The notes beneath the pieces were generated by a model. That model saw nothing but the letters and a program-made list of their open reading frames with translations, searched no databases and was not told the DNA's origin. Of a DNA stretch of 64,000 nt, positions 55,088 to 63,878 are shown in pieces. Both the position numbers and the translations under genes were made by a program. Numbering within the stretch: position 1 is the first letter of the stretch; every line of letters begins with the position of its first letter. The stretch spans positions 2,717 through 66,716 of the forward strand of contig SVTR01000014.1 in NCBI GenBank assembly GCA_015063685.1, in the 5' to 3' direction. Origin of the DNA: Oscillospiraceae bacterium (GTDB lineage Bacteria > Bacillota > Clostridia > Oscillospirales > CAG-272).

Positions 55088-56086
55088 TCAGGCTCTCGGA
55101 GCGTCGCCGTCCGCGCAATGGATCACATCCGTGCGGACGAAGGCATCCCAGAACTCTTGCTTTTCAACGGTTGCCCATTGTGCCATAGTCCCCGTAAAGG
55201 TGATGTCGGTCAAGCTGCCGCAATCAAAAAACGCTCTCCTGTCAATGCTCGTCACACTGCCGGCTATGCTCACACGGGCAAGCCCGGTACAAAGTGCGAA
55301 GGCGTCATTGCCTATGATGGTCACGCCCTCCGGGATCACGACACCGGTCAAATGGTCTTGCTCCTGGAAAGCATAGTCCCCGATGCGGGTAACCTTATCT
55401 CCCCAAGGAGACACAGCGGGAATGACAATCTCCGCATCGGTGCATTGTCCCAATCCGATCACCTTACAGGTGCCGTCTCCGTTGGAGAGAAATTCCAATC
55501 CTTCGCTGGGCTTTCTCTCCCCGCACGCTTCGCAGATACCCTCTACGTAGACGTGGGCGGCGGCGACACGGCGCTTCTCACTTTCGCCGCAGGCACAGGA
55601 TCTTTTTTCTACACCGTCCCGTGTGCAGGTAGGTGCTGTTTCAACCGTCCATTCGCTCCACAAATGCTCATGGGGAGGCTCTGTAACCACAGGCTCTTCT
55701 GTGGAAGCGGAGGTATCGGCAGGCGGGGTATCCTCTTCCCCAACCGTCTCCGTTGCTCCCTGCGATGTGGTTTCATTCTCCGTTTCGGGTTCCAAGACAG
55801 ATTCCGGCGTGGTATCCGACGGCAGATCAGTCTCCACGGTGGTTTTCATGGGCAGAGTCGTTACTTCGGTTGTCTCTGTCTGCAAAACGGTTTCTTCGGG
55901 TGCTTCGGTCTGCGCCGGGGTCTCTTCAACCTTTTCGTTTTGCAAGGCCGTCTCTTCGGTGGCAGAGGTCACGGGCAAGGTTTCATCCCCGCCCGCCGTA
56001 CCGTTGTTGCATCCCGTGATGAGCCATGCACACAGAACAGCACACAATGCTAATGTAAGCCTTATTTTTCTCTTTGAATTATACAT
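55088..56086 (-). CDS. BspA-type leucine-rich-repeat lipoprotein
   Basis: Lipobox LITGC, a T/E/P-rich linker, a Cys-rich segment, then LRR_5-type repeats (IPEGVTIIGNDAFALCTGLARVSIAGSVTSIDRRAFFDC). ATG at 56086 follows AAGGAG. Confidence 0.75.
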   Translation of the reverse strand: MYNSKRKIRLTLALCAVLCAWLITGCNNGTAGGDETLPVTSATEETALQNEKVEETPAQTEAPEETVLQTETTEVTTLPMKTTVETDLPSDTTPESVLEPETENETTSQGATETVGEEDTPPADTSASTEEPVVTEPPHEHLWSEWTVETAPTCTRDGVEKRSCACGESEKRRVAAAHVYVEGICEACGERKPSEGLEFLSNGDGTCKVIGLGQCTDAEIVIPAVSPWGDKVTRIGDYAFQEQDHLTGVVIPEGVTIIGNDAFALCTGLARVSIAGSVTSIDRRAFFDCGSLTDITFTGTMAQWATVEKQEFWDAFVRTDVIHCADGDAPRA

Positions 56087-56100
56087 GTCAATCTCCTTTG

Positions 56101-56595
56101 TCATCCGTTATCGCCGAGCAAGCCCTTCTCCCACAGCATCTCCCCCAGCACCTCGGCGGCCAGGGCTACCATCTCGGGGCAGGGGCGTTTCTCGTAGTAT
56201 TCAGAAGTGCGGGCCTCGGCCTCGCCTCCCTTTTCTCCCGAAAGCCCCGCGTTTTGCAGGATCTCACGGCAGACGATGGAGCCGCCACGGCTTCTTTCGG
56301 TGAAGCGGCGGGCCAGCTCGCGGATATCGGCGTAGTGACGGCTCTTGCCCTCCTTGTCGGCGGGGTCGTCGTAGCCGCAGATAAGGCCCAGAACGGCAAA
56401 GGCACCCGTGACACCGCCGCAGACCTCGCGGAGTCGTCCCATGCCGCCGCCGAAGGAGGAGCCGAGCTTTGCGAGGGTGGTCTCGTCCAGACCCGTGAGG
56501 TCGGCGTAGGCCAGGAGGACGGATTGGGCGCAGCCGTAGCCTTTGAGGAAGTTTTCGCGGGCGAGGGCGGCGCGGGCGGTTATGGTTTGGTTCAT
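56101..56595 (-). CDS. C_GCAxxG_C_C-family protein
   Basis: GYGCAQSVLLAY plus downstream conserved Cys residues (CREIL, RPCPEMV). ATG at 56595 follows AAGGAG. Confidence 0.75.
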   Translation of the reverse strand: MNQTITARAALARENFLKGYGCAQSVLLAYADLTGLDETTLAKLGSSFGGGMGRLREVCGGVTGAFAVLGLICGYDDPADKEGKSRHYADIRELARRFTERSRGGSIVCREILQNAGLSGEKGGEAEARTSEYYEKRPCPEMVALAAEVLGEMLWEKGLLGDNG

Positions 56596-56762
56596 CACTT
56601 GATCTCCTTTTTTACTTCAAATACAAAGCCACTTTTTTCTCGGCATAAAGCAATCTTAAATTTCGCCACTCAAGAGCATGGAGAACAGCCCCAGCAATAA
56701 ATATTTAAAATATACTTTTTCAATCATTCGCCAATTTAAATTGACAAATAATTTGTTGCGGA

Positions 56763-57758
56763 TTACTCATTGTTGCCAACTTCTGTTTCTTCAACACTTG
56801 GTCTTTGAGGTCTTTCGTGATGACGATCATCTTCTTTTTCTAACAACTCATCAATGGTATTATGCGACTCATTGTAAGAAGGTGTTAATTCGGCTAGAAT
56901 TCCTTCACTTCCCATAAAAAGCATATCACTGCAATTGCCATAATAAATACTTGGGATATCATTATCTCGTGAGATTCCTCCTGATAGTTGTATATACCCA
57001 TATCTGAACCTATTAGAATAATCATGGCCAACCATCAAAAGTGTTCCAAAAAAGCTTTGCCTTACCCCATCTGAGACATTCTCATATCCAATGGTGTCTA
57101 TCATTCGATTAATTTGTTCAACTCCAATATCTGAACACATACCTAAATCATTTCTGAACTCACCTTTTGCAAATCCTGTAACAAATTTGTCACTACTTGT
57201 TAAATCCTCTGAAATCAATGCAAAATCATGGTCCTCTGTTATAACCAAAATAGACTTATATTGAGGATTAAACTGTCTTTCATCTAGGTATATGTCTAAT
57301 ATAACATTTTCATAATAATCATAAGCCATTTTCCCTAACCAAAATGTATATCGATCTGTTGCCGAATCAACTCGCTCAGGCCCTTCCATTTTCTTAAGAA
57401 GGTCATTAAAATTTCGCTCTAAATATTCTCTAGATGACATAGTAACAAAAACATCTTCAAACTGTAATCCAGCAAAAAATCCATTTAAACCATACCTTTC
57501 CAGCTCCGGATTTTTAATTGTTGGATATACTTCTTGCTCATGTTGATTTGAAGATTCATTTTTGTCCTCAGTATGCTCTCCCTCAACACTTCCCACTGCT
57601 GTTTCATTGGTCGTCCCATGATTACCTTGCCCAGGATTATTTCCCAACTCATCACAGCTTGCAAGCATTGATGTAAGCTGTAACACAGCAAGAATCAATG
57701 GCAATCCCCTTTTAATAAAGCCACCAAGAACCCTTGGAGAGCTGAACTTTGTTTTCAT
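56763..57758 (-). CDS. Hypothetical lipoprotein on a low-GC island (331 aa)
   Basis: Lipobox MLASC and AAGGGGAAG SD. No recognisable domain. The local GC is far below its neighbours (22 of 60 in the sampled line at 57001). Confidence 0.6.
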   Translation of the reverse strand: MKTKFSSPRVLGGFIKRGLPLILAVLQLTSMLASCDELGNNPGQGNHGTTNETAVGSVEGEHTEDKNESSNQHEQEVYPTIKNPELERYGLNGFFAGLQFEDVFVTMSSREYLERNFNDLLKKMEGPERVDSATDRYTFWLGKMAYDYYENVILDIYLDERQFNPQYKSILVITEDHDFALISEDLTSSDKFVTGFAKGEFRNDLGMCSDIGVEQINRMIDTIGYENVSDGVRQSFFGTLLMVGHDYSNRFRYGYIQLSGGISRDNDIPSIYYGNCSDMLFMGSEGILAELTPSYNESHNTIDELLEKEDDRHHERPQRPSVEETEVGNNE

Positions 57759-57861
57759 ATCTCTACTTCCCCTTTATCAGTTAATCATGTCACTTTAATT
57801 ATTTTTCTATCATCTTTCATTTGTTAATTCCTTTTTGAAAGTTCTTGAAAAGAGGGGGCAC

Positions 57862-57899
57862 GGGGGAGAAGAACTTCTTCCAAGAAGTTCTTCTCCCCC
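57862..57899 (-). terminator. Terminator hairpin after thrS (18-bp perfect palindrome)
   Basis: GGGGGAGAAGAACTTCTT-CC-AAGAAGTTCTTCTCCCCC. A U-tract follows on the minus strand only after a 10-nt gap. Confidence 0.6.
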
Positions 57900-57913
57900 G
57901 TAATCGAATCAAA

Positions 57914-59848
57914 TTATCTTCTCTTCTCGGCGATCTCCATCATGATCTCGCTGATGAACTGATCCACGGGCATGACGCCCTTCTCACCGTCCTTGCGGGA
58001 GCGGACGGCCACGGCGTTCTGCTCGATCTCCTTACCGCCGACGACCAGCATGTAAGGCACCTTCTCCTGCTGAGCGGCGCGGATCTTGTAGCCCACGGTG
58101 TTGTTGGACTTATCCACCTCCACGCGCATACCCATCTGGGTCATGCGGTCTGCGATCTTCTGGCAGTACTCGATCTCATCGTCGCCCATGGGCAGGAACT
58201 TGGCCTGGACGGGAGCCATCCAAGTGGGCAGGGCGCCTGCATAACGCTCGATGAGGTAGGCCAGGGTGCGCTCGTAGCAGCCCAGGGAGGTACGGTGGAT
58301 GATGTAGGGCTTCTTCAGCTGACCGTCGGAATCCACGTACTCCATGCCGAACTTCTCGGCCAGGAGCATGTCGATCTGGATGGTGACGATGGTATCCTCC
58401 TTACCGAAGACGTTCTTGTACTGGATGTCCAGCTTGGGGCCGTAGAAAGCAGCCTCGTCGATACCGATGGTGTACTCCACACCCAGGTTGTCCAGGATCT
58501 GACCCATGACGGTCTGGGCGTGCTCCCACTGCTCAGGAGTACCCTCGTACTTGATGCCGGCTCTTGCGGGATCCCACTGGGAGAAGCGGAAGGTGCAGTT
58601 CTCCAGCATACCCACGGTGTCGAGAACGTACTTGGCCAGCTCCAGACAGCCCTTGAACTCCTCCTCCAGCTGCTCGGGGCGCAGGACCAGGTGACCCTCG
58701 GAGATGGTGAACTGACGGACGCGGATCAAACCGTGCATCTCACCGCTGTCCTCGTTGCGGAACAGGGTGGAGGTCTCGCCCAGTCTCATGGGGAGGTCAC
58801 GGTAGGAGCGCTTGCGGTTCAGGAAGACCTGGTACTGGAAGGGGCAGGTCATGGGACGGAGGGCAAAGCACTCCTTGGTCTCATCGTGGGGATCACCCAG
58901 CACGAACATACCGTCCAGGTAGTGATCCCAGTGGCCGGAAATCTTGTACAGCTCGCGCTTGGCCATGAGGGGGGTCTTGGTCAGCAGGTAGCCGCGCTTC
59001 TGCTCCTCGTCCTCGATCCAACGCTGAAGGGTCTGGATGACGCGGGAGCCCTTGGGCAGGATGATGGGCAGACCCTGGCCGATGGATTCCACGGTGGTGA
59101 AGTACTCCAGCTCACGGCCCAGCTTGTTGTGGTCGCGCTTGCGGGCCTCCTCCACGGCGGTGAGGTAGGCGTTCATCTCGTCCTTGGTGGGGTAGGCCAC
59201 ACCGTAGACGCGCTGGAGCATCTTGTTCTTCTGGTCGCCCTTCCAGTATGCGCCGGTACATTGGGTCAGCTTGAAGGCCTTGACGGCACCCGTGGAGAAC
59301 AGGTGGGGGCCTGCGCAGAGATCCACGAAGTCGCCCTGACGGTAGAAACTGATGACGGCATCGGCGGGCAGTTCCTCGATGAGCTGGACCTTGTAGGGCT
59401 CGTCACGCTCGGTCATGAAGGCGATGGCCTCCTCCCGGGGCAGCTCGAAACGCTCGATCTTGTGGTTCTCCTTGACGATCTTCTTCATCTCGCCCTCCAG
59501 AGCCTTCAGCACATCGGGGGTAAAGGCCACGTCGGAGTCGAAGTCGTAGTAGAAGCCGTTGTCGATAGCGGGACCGATGGTGAGCTTGGTGTTGGGGTAG
59601 AGACGTTTGACCGCCTGGGCCAGGATGTGGGAGGCGGTGTGGCGGAAGACGTGCTTACCGTCGGCATCCTCAAAGGTGAGCAGCTCCACGTCGGCGTCGG
59701 CGTCCAGGATGTGGGTCATGCCCACCAGCTTGCCGTTTACGTGGGCGGCAATGTGGGCGCGGGTGACCAGCTCGGCGGCGGCCGCGGCGTCAAAGACCGA
59801 CAGGGGGGCGTCGAAGGTCAAGGATTTTTCTTTGAAATTGATGTTCAT
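57914..59848 (-). CDS. thrS: Threonine--tRNA ligase
   Basis: 644 aa with TGS, the second additional domain, class II core (HGLIRVRQFT, FRNEDSGE) and an anticodon-binding domain. GGAGG SD 7 nt before the ATG. Confidence 0.92.
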   Translation of the reverse strand: MNINFKEKSLTFDAPLSVFDAAAAAELVTRAHIAAHVNGKLVGMTHILDADADVELLTFEDADGKHVFRHTASHILAQAVKRLYPNTKLTIGPAIDNGFYYDFDSDVAFTPDVLKALEGEMKKIVKENHKIERFELPREEAIAFMTERDEPYKVQLIEELPADAVISFYRQGDFVDLCAGPHLFSTGAVKAFKLTQCTGAYWKGDQKNKMLQRVYGVAYPTKDEMNAYLTAVEEARKRDHNKLGRELEYFTTVESIGQGLPIILPKGSRVIQTLQRWIEDEEQKRGYLLTKTPLMAKRELYKISGHWDHYLDGMFVLGDPHDETKECFALRPMTCPFQYQVFLNRKRSYRDLPMRLGETSTLFRNEDSGEMHGLIRVRQFTISEGHLVLRPEQLEEEFKGCLELAKYVLDTVGMLENCTFRFSQWDPARAGIKYEGTPEQWEHAQTVMGQILDNLGVEYTIGIDEAAFYGPKLDIQYKNVFGKEDTIVTIQIDMLLAEKFGMEYVDSDGQLKKPYIIHRTSLGCYERTLAYLIERYAGALPTWMAPVQAKFLPMGDDEIEYCQKIADRMTQMGMRVEVDKSNNTVGYKIRAAQQEKVPYMLVVGGKEIEQNAVAVRSRKDGEKGVMPVDQFISEIMMEIAEKRR

Positions 59849-59877
59849 AGGTTTTACCTCCAGAAATATATGGAAAT

Positions 59878-60396
59878 TTATTTATTTTTTAATATTTTTT
59901 CGCGGGACTTGATCTGTTGCTTATATCCTATGTGCTGTGCCGCGCATGCAACCACACCGTACACGATCATACACACCACCATACCCAACAGGAAGTATCC
60001 CTGCGACGTATCTACATACGGCGCATCGCCGTTGCCGCCATGACAAAACAGCACGCCCAACCAAAAGCCCGCGCCGCTGATGAAAGACACAAAATGAAAA
60101 GCAAGTGCCAACATCAACTGCAAGACAAGTACGGGAGTCAAAGCTAATATCGTTGCCAACATATCCACGCGCTTTTGTTTATAGGCAATACGGCCCGAGG
60201 TCACACAAATGCTCCCCGACGAAATCAATAGACATATCATCGACTCTATAATGCGGCAAACCAATGCATCAGGAAACAGCTTCCACAGTAGCGATTGGAG
60301 CACTATGTCGGCAATCGTTCCGAGAAACAGGCCCAAAACAACGGCCAAAAAATATTCTCCCATCATTGGAAATATTTCTTTTTTCTCGATTTTCAT
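59878..60396 (-). CDS. Hypothetical polytopic membrane protein (172 aa), low GC
   Basis: 4-5 predicted TM helices. 29 nt upstream of thrS and 15 nt downstream of the RAYT gene. No family recognised. Confidence 0.55.
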   Translation of the reverse strand: MKIEKKEIFPMMGEYFLAVVLGLFLGTIADIVLQSLLWKLFPDALVCRIIESMICLLISSGSICVTSGRIAYKQKRVDMLATILALTPVLVLQLMLALAFHFVSFISGAGFWLGVLFCHGGNGDAPYVDTSQGYFLLGMVVCMIVYGVVACAAQHIGYKQQIKSREKILKNK

Positions 60397-60411
60397 GCAT
60401 TTCCCTTTTTG

Positions 60412-60936
60412 CTAATTACGCACTGATTTTTTGTCATCATAATACCACGCACGTGGATTATTGATAATATATTTTCTTGTTTCATAGAGATCGTCTTGAT
60501 TCCGAATCATATGATCGAAATAACTTCGTTGCCAAAAAGATTTGTTATACGGCTCGTATATCCCTTCCTTTACACCGCGAATATATTCATTGGTTGTCAT
60601 AGTCTTGAACCAATCTACGACGTCCTGTAGGGGCGACCCTGTGTGGTCGCCCGTAAAAAACAGAATAGCGTGAATATGATCGGGCATAATAACATATTCA
60701 TCAATTTCCGTGTTCGGAAACTTGTTTTCTATTTCAAGCAACCATTTTTCAATCATCCGATCAGGCTTGTTCGGGCGACCACGCAGGGTCGCCCCTACGG
60801 AATGATCCCACACGATTTCGCCAAATAAGGATTGTCTGTTATGAGTACATATCGTAATAAAGTAGGATCCTTGCTTTGAGTAATCGAGTCCTTTTACTCG
60901 CATCCGTTTTCTTTGCGGATATTGAGGGTTCTCCAT
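60412..60936 (-). CDS. REP-associated tyrosine transposase (RAYT; Y1 HUH, IS200-like superfamily)
   Basis: YFITICT beta-strand, HUH motif PDHIHAIL and catalytic Tyr context WQRSYFDHMIRN (compare the RAYT pattern RRYWEHxIRD). GGAGGGA SD before the ATG at 60936. The upstream part of the track ORF only reads through REP copies. Confidence 0.8.
   Translation of the reverse strand: MENPQYPQRKRMRVKGLDYSKQGSYFITICTHNRQSLFGEIVWDHSVGATLRGRPNKPDRMIEKWLLEIENKFPNTEIDEYVIMPDHIHAILFFTGDHTGSPLQDVVDWFKTMTTNEYIRGVKEGIYEPYNKSFWQRSYFDHMIRNQDDLYETRKYIINNPRAWYYDDKKSVRN
60627..60798. repeat. REP doublet embedded in-frame in the RAYT coding sequence
   Basis: GTAG-GGGCGACC-CTGTGT-GGTCGCCC on the plus strand (60627..60652, encodes GDHTGSPLQ) and its inverted partner at 60773..60798 (encodes VGATLRGRP). 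They are 25 of 26 complementary to each other. Confidence 0.85.
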
Positions 60937-60996
60937 ATTCTTGTATCCCTCCTTTTCCACATTTGCTTTGAAAACTATCACGGACACCATGATTCT

Positions 60997-61107
60997 GTAG
61001 GGGCGACCCTGTGTGGTCGCCCGCAAAAACAAACGCGAAATAGTATTATAGCATACGATAATTATCACAAGGGTTGAACACGGGCGACCACGCAGGGTCG
61101 CCCCTAC
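60997..61107. repeat. REP doublet between the T-box terminator and the RAYT start
   Basis: 60997..61022 is identical to 60627..60652, and 61082..61107 is identical to 60773..60798. The 59-nt AT-rich spacer contains TGCTATAAT on the minus strand (61053..61045). Confidence 0.85.
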
Positions 61108-61116
61108 AGATACGCT

Positions 61117-61351
61117 ATAAAACAAAACCCCGAAGGCTATCACAAAACAGCCTCCGGGGTGCATTTTTACAAAACACACGGTTCCACCCGAATATTTCAC
61201 TCATGGGCGCGCCCAAAAAAGCGCAGTTGCCCTATTCAGTTGGGTCACAAAAGGGCGGTACCTGCCCGAGCTTTTGCGTGGGAACTTACAGCCGATCCGT
61301 TTGGAAAGGTTCCCTTCTCTGTCGCTACCCCTCGGGGGCATATTCCTTTTG
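61117..61351 (-). promoter_or_regulatory. T-box riboswitch leader (candidate Thr ACC specifier)
   Basis: Stem I base CAAAAGG (61351..61345) / CCUUUUG (61254..61248), AG bulge AGCGA (61326..61322), ACC followed by a purine at 61259..61256, T-box GGGUGGAACCGUG (61189..61177) with a UGGAACC bulge in an antiterminator, and a competing terminator 61159..61128 plus a U-tract. Confidence 0.8.
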
Positions 61352-61373
61352 GTGGGCGGATGCCCGTAATTGA

Positions 61374-61796
61374 TTACTTTTTGCGATTATAGGCCGAACG
61401 GGGATTCATGATCTCGCGCCAGTCAAGATCGCCGCGATCCAGGGCCATGATCAGCACCTCGGCGGTGGCGATGTTGGTGGCCACGGGGATATTATACATA
61501 TCGCACATACGGATCAACTCATGCTCAGTCTCGTCATAGGCGGCGGTGGGACGGGTATCGCGGAAGTACAAAAGCACGTCGATCTCGTTATAAGCGATAC
61601 GGGACGCGATCTGTTGCTCGCCGCCCTGCTCGCCCGCCAGGAGCTTTTCGATGGTCAGGCCGGTGGCCTCAGAGATGTACTTTGCCGTAATGCTGGTAGC
61701 GCAGAGATTATGCTTACTCAGAATTCCACAATACGCAATACAAAACTGTGTCATGAGTTCTTTTTTCAAGTCATGTGCAATGATGGCAATTTCCAT
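61374..61796 (-). CDS. mgsA: Methylglyoxal synthase
   Basis: 140 aa: MEIAIIAHDLKKE..., GEQGGEQQIAS, IDVLLYFRD and NIPVATN. Confidence 0.8.
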   Translation of the reverse strand: MEIAIIAHDLKKELMTQFCIAYCGILSKHNLCATSITAKYISEATGLTIEKLLAGEQGGEQQIASRIAYNEIDVLLYFRDTRPTAAYDETEHELIRMCDMYNIPVATNIATAEVLIMALDRGDLDWREIMNPRSAYNRKK

Positions 61797-61950
61797 AAGC
61801 TACCTCTCTTTTCATTTTGCGTTACGGCGTATGGGAAATCCTCCCCCACACTACCAAGTTATGGTCTATTATACCACATCTTCACCCCATTTGTCAATGA
61901 TTTATACAAGAATTTTCAAAAAAAGTTTTATTTTTTGTTGATTTCATATC

Positions 61951-61979
61951 TTGGCATGAGATGTAAAATCAAGTATAAT
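61951..61979 (+). promoter_or_regulatory. Sigma-A promoter for glyA
   Basis: TTGGCA (61951..61956), 17 nt, TATAAT (61974..61979). Confidence 0.5.
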
Positions 61980-62056
61980 GTTATTATGGTGTGGTATTAT
62001 GTTTTATCCGTACATCCGCACCCAACTCATCAAAAAACACAAGGAAGGGTATCCCT

Positions 62057-63301
62057 ATGATCAAGGAAATGAACCAATATCTGGCCGCCCGTGACCCTGA
62101 GGTCGCCGCAGCCATTGATGCAGAGCTGAGCCGTCAGCAGAACGGACTGGAGCTCATCGCCTCCGAAAACTTTGTCTCTGAGGCCGTCATGATGGCCACC
62201 GGCAGTATCATGACCAACAAATACGCTGAGGGCTACCCTGCCAAGCGTTACTACGGCGGCTGCCATTGCGTTGACGTAGCTGAGAATCTGGCCATTGAGC
62301 GTGCCTGCAAGCTCTTCGGCGCCAACTTCGCCAACGTCCAGCCTCACTCCGGCTCCCAGGCCAACACCGCCGTCTATATTGCCCTGCTCCAGGCAGGCGA
62401 CACCGTCATGGGCATGAGCCTTGCCCACGGCGGACATCTGACCCACGGTTCTCCTGTGAACCTGTCCGGTCTGTACTACAATTTCGTCTCCTACGGCGTG
62501 GAGGATGATACCCACCTCATCGACTACGACAAGCTGGAGGCTCAGGCCAAGGAGGTCAAGCCCAAGATGATCGTGGCAGGCGCATCCGCTTATCCCCGTA
62601 TCATCGACTTCAAGCGTCTGGCAGATATTGCTCACAGCATCGGCGCATACCTCATGGTAGACATGGCTCACATCGCGGGTCTGGTGGCTGCCGGCGAGCA
62701 TCCCTCCCCCGTTCCCTACGCCGATGTAGTGACCACTACCACCCACAAGACCCTCCGCGGTCCTCGCGGTGGTCTGATCCTCTGCAACGACGAGGAAATC
62801 GCCAAGAAGATCAACAAGGCCATTTTCCCCGGCATCCAGGGCGGTCCTCTGGAGCACGTCATCGCCGGTAAGGCCGTTTGCTTCGGCGAGGCTCTGAAGC
62901 CCGAATTCAAGGCATATCAGCACCAGGTGATCCTCAACTGCAAGGCTCTGGCAGCCGCCCTCATCGAGGAAGGCTTTGACCTTGTTTCCGGTGGCACCGA
63001 CAATCATCTGATCCTGGTTGACCTGCGTCCCATGGGTGTTACCGGCAAAGAGATGGAGCACCGCATGGACGAGGTTCACATCACCGTCAATAAGAATGCT
63101 ATCCCCAACGACCCCGAGAAGCCCTTCGTGACCTCCGGTGTCCGCGTAGGTACCGCTGCCGTCACCACCCGCGGTCTTGTGGAGGAGGACATGAAGACCA
63201 TCGCTCACCTCATGAAGCTGGTGGCTGTGGACTTTGAAAACTCCGCAGACGAGTGCCGCAAGATCGTGGCCGCTCTCTGCGAAAAGTACCCCCTCTATTG
63301 A
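62057..63301 (+). CDS. glyA: Serine hydroxymethyltransferase
   Basis: PLP-lysine motif [13 protein letters not shown], full-length SHMT pattern. ATG at 62057 follows AAGGAAGGG. Confidence 0.92.
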   Translation: MIKEMNQYLAARDPEVAAAIDAELSRQQNGLELIASENFVSEAVMMATGSIMTNKYAEGYPAKRYYGGCHCVDVAENLAIERACKLFGANFANVQPHSGSQANTAVYIALLQAGDTVMGMSLAHGGHLTHGSPVNLSGLYYNFVSYGVEDDTHLIDYDKLEAQAKEVKPKMIVAGASAYPRIIDFKRLADIAHSIGAYLMVDMAHIAGLVAAGEHPSPVPYADVVTTTTHKTLRGPRGGLILCNDEEIAKKINKAIFPGIQGGPLEHVIAGKAVCFGEALKPEFKAYQHQVILNCKALAAALIEEGFDLVSGGTDNHLILVDLRPMGVTGKEMEHRMDEVHITVNKNAIPNDPEKPFVTSGVRVGTAAVTTRGLVEEDMKTIAHLMKLVAVDFENSADECRKIVAALCEKYPLY

Positions 63302-63333
63302 TCAGACGAAACTTTTCCGAAATCTATAGAAAA

Positions 63334-63360
63334 ATCCTGTCACCGCTTGGGTGGCAGGAT
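63334..63360. terminator. Bidirectional intrinsic terminator (glyA / CYTH convergent)
   Basis: ATCCTGTCACC / GGTGGCAGGAT hairpin, with an A-tract before it and a T-rich tract after it. Confidence 0.75.
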
Positions 63361-63364
63361 TTCT

Positions 63365-63850
63365 TTATTTCTTGGCCAGCTCGGCGTTTTTATAGGCTTT
63401 TTCCCCCGTGACCTCGCGGATCACCTTGATCTCAGGAGGGAAAGCCACGGGCGCATCCTCGCTTTTCAGCTCCACCTCGGCAATAGCTTGGTCACGCCAA
63501 AAGGGATAGATGTCGATCTCAATAAGCAGTCCCTCATAGGGGATGCAGTAGCGGGTCTTGTGCAGCGTGCGCTTTTCGGGATCAGCCTCAGACAAAAGCC
63601 GTTCGTATTCGGCCTTTGCAATGACCGTCTCAGACTCCTCACGGGTCACCGCGGTGACCCTGCGCTTGACCGCGTGGTAATAGGTCACGTTATCCCCTGC
63701 CCTGCGCGCTCGCACACGGCGCTCCTCGCCCTCGGGGGCGATCAAGTAGGTTTGGGTGATTTCGCTGATGGTCATACCGGAATAGCATTCCAGCCGTGCG
63801 ATGTCGGGGTACTCGATGAGATATTTGCGTTCAATTTCAAGAGGGGTCAT
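63365..63850 (-). CDS. CYTH-domain protein (triphosphate tunnel metalloenzyme)
   Basis: N-terminal EIERKYL (ExExK) motif. 161 aa with alternating charged beta-strands. Confidence 0.75.
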   Translation of the reverse strand: MTPLEIERKYLIEYPDIARLECYSGMTISEITQTYLIAPEGEERRVRARRAGDNVTYYHAVKRRVTAVTREESETVIAKAEYERLLSEADPEKRTLHKTRYCIPYEGLLIEIDIYPFWRDQAIAEVELKSEDAPVAFPPEIKVIREVTGEKAYKNAELAKK

Positions 63851-63878
63851 GGGGGCCTCCGATTTGAATTTAGATTGA

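Noticed and set aside
59849-59877. Expected T-box or promoter directly upstream of thrS
   Set aside because: Only 29 nt separate thrS from the preceding membrane-protein stop, and they contain just an SD. The only T-box in the window is 1.27 kb upstream (see the first finding).
57845-60043. 732-aa plus-strand ORF covering all of thrS in antisense
   Set aside because: Low-complexity G/L/V/D/H-rich translation, no SD, and it mirrors a well-supported high-GC gene. This is a classic antisense shadow ORF.
61110-61373. Possible 6S RNA or other sRNA in the 260-nt gap after mgsA
   Set aside because: The sequence is better explained as a T-box leader, given the GGGUGGAACCGUG motif, the antiterminator/terminator pair and the AG bulge.
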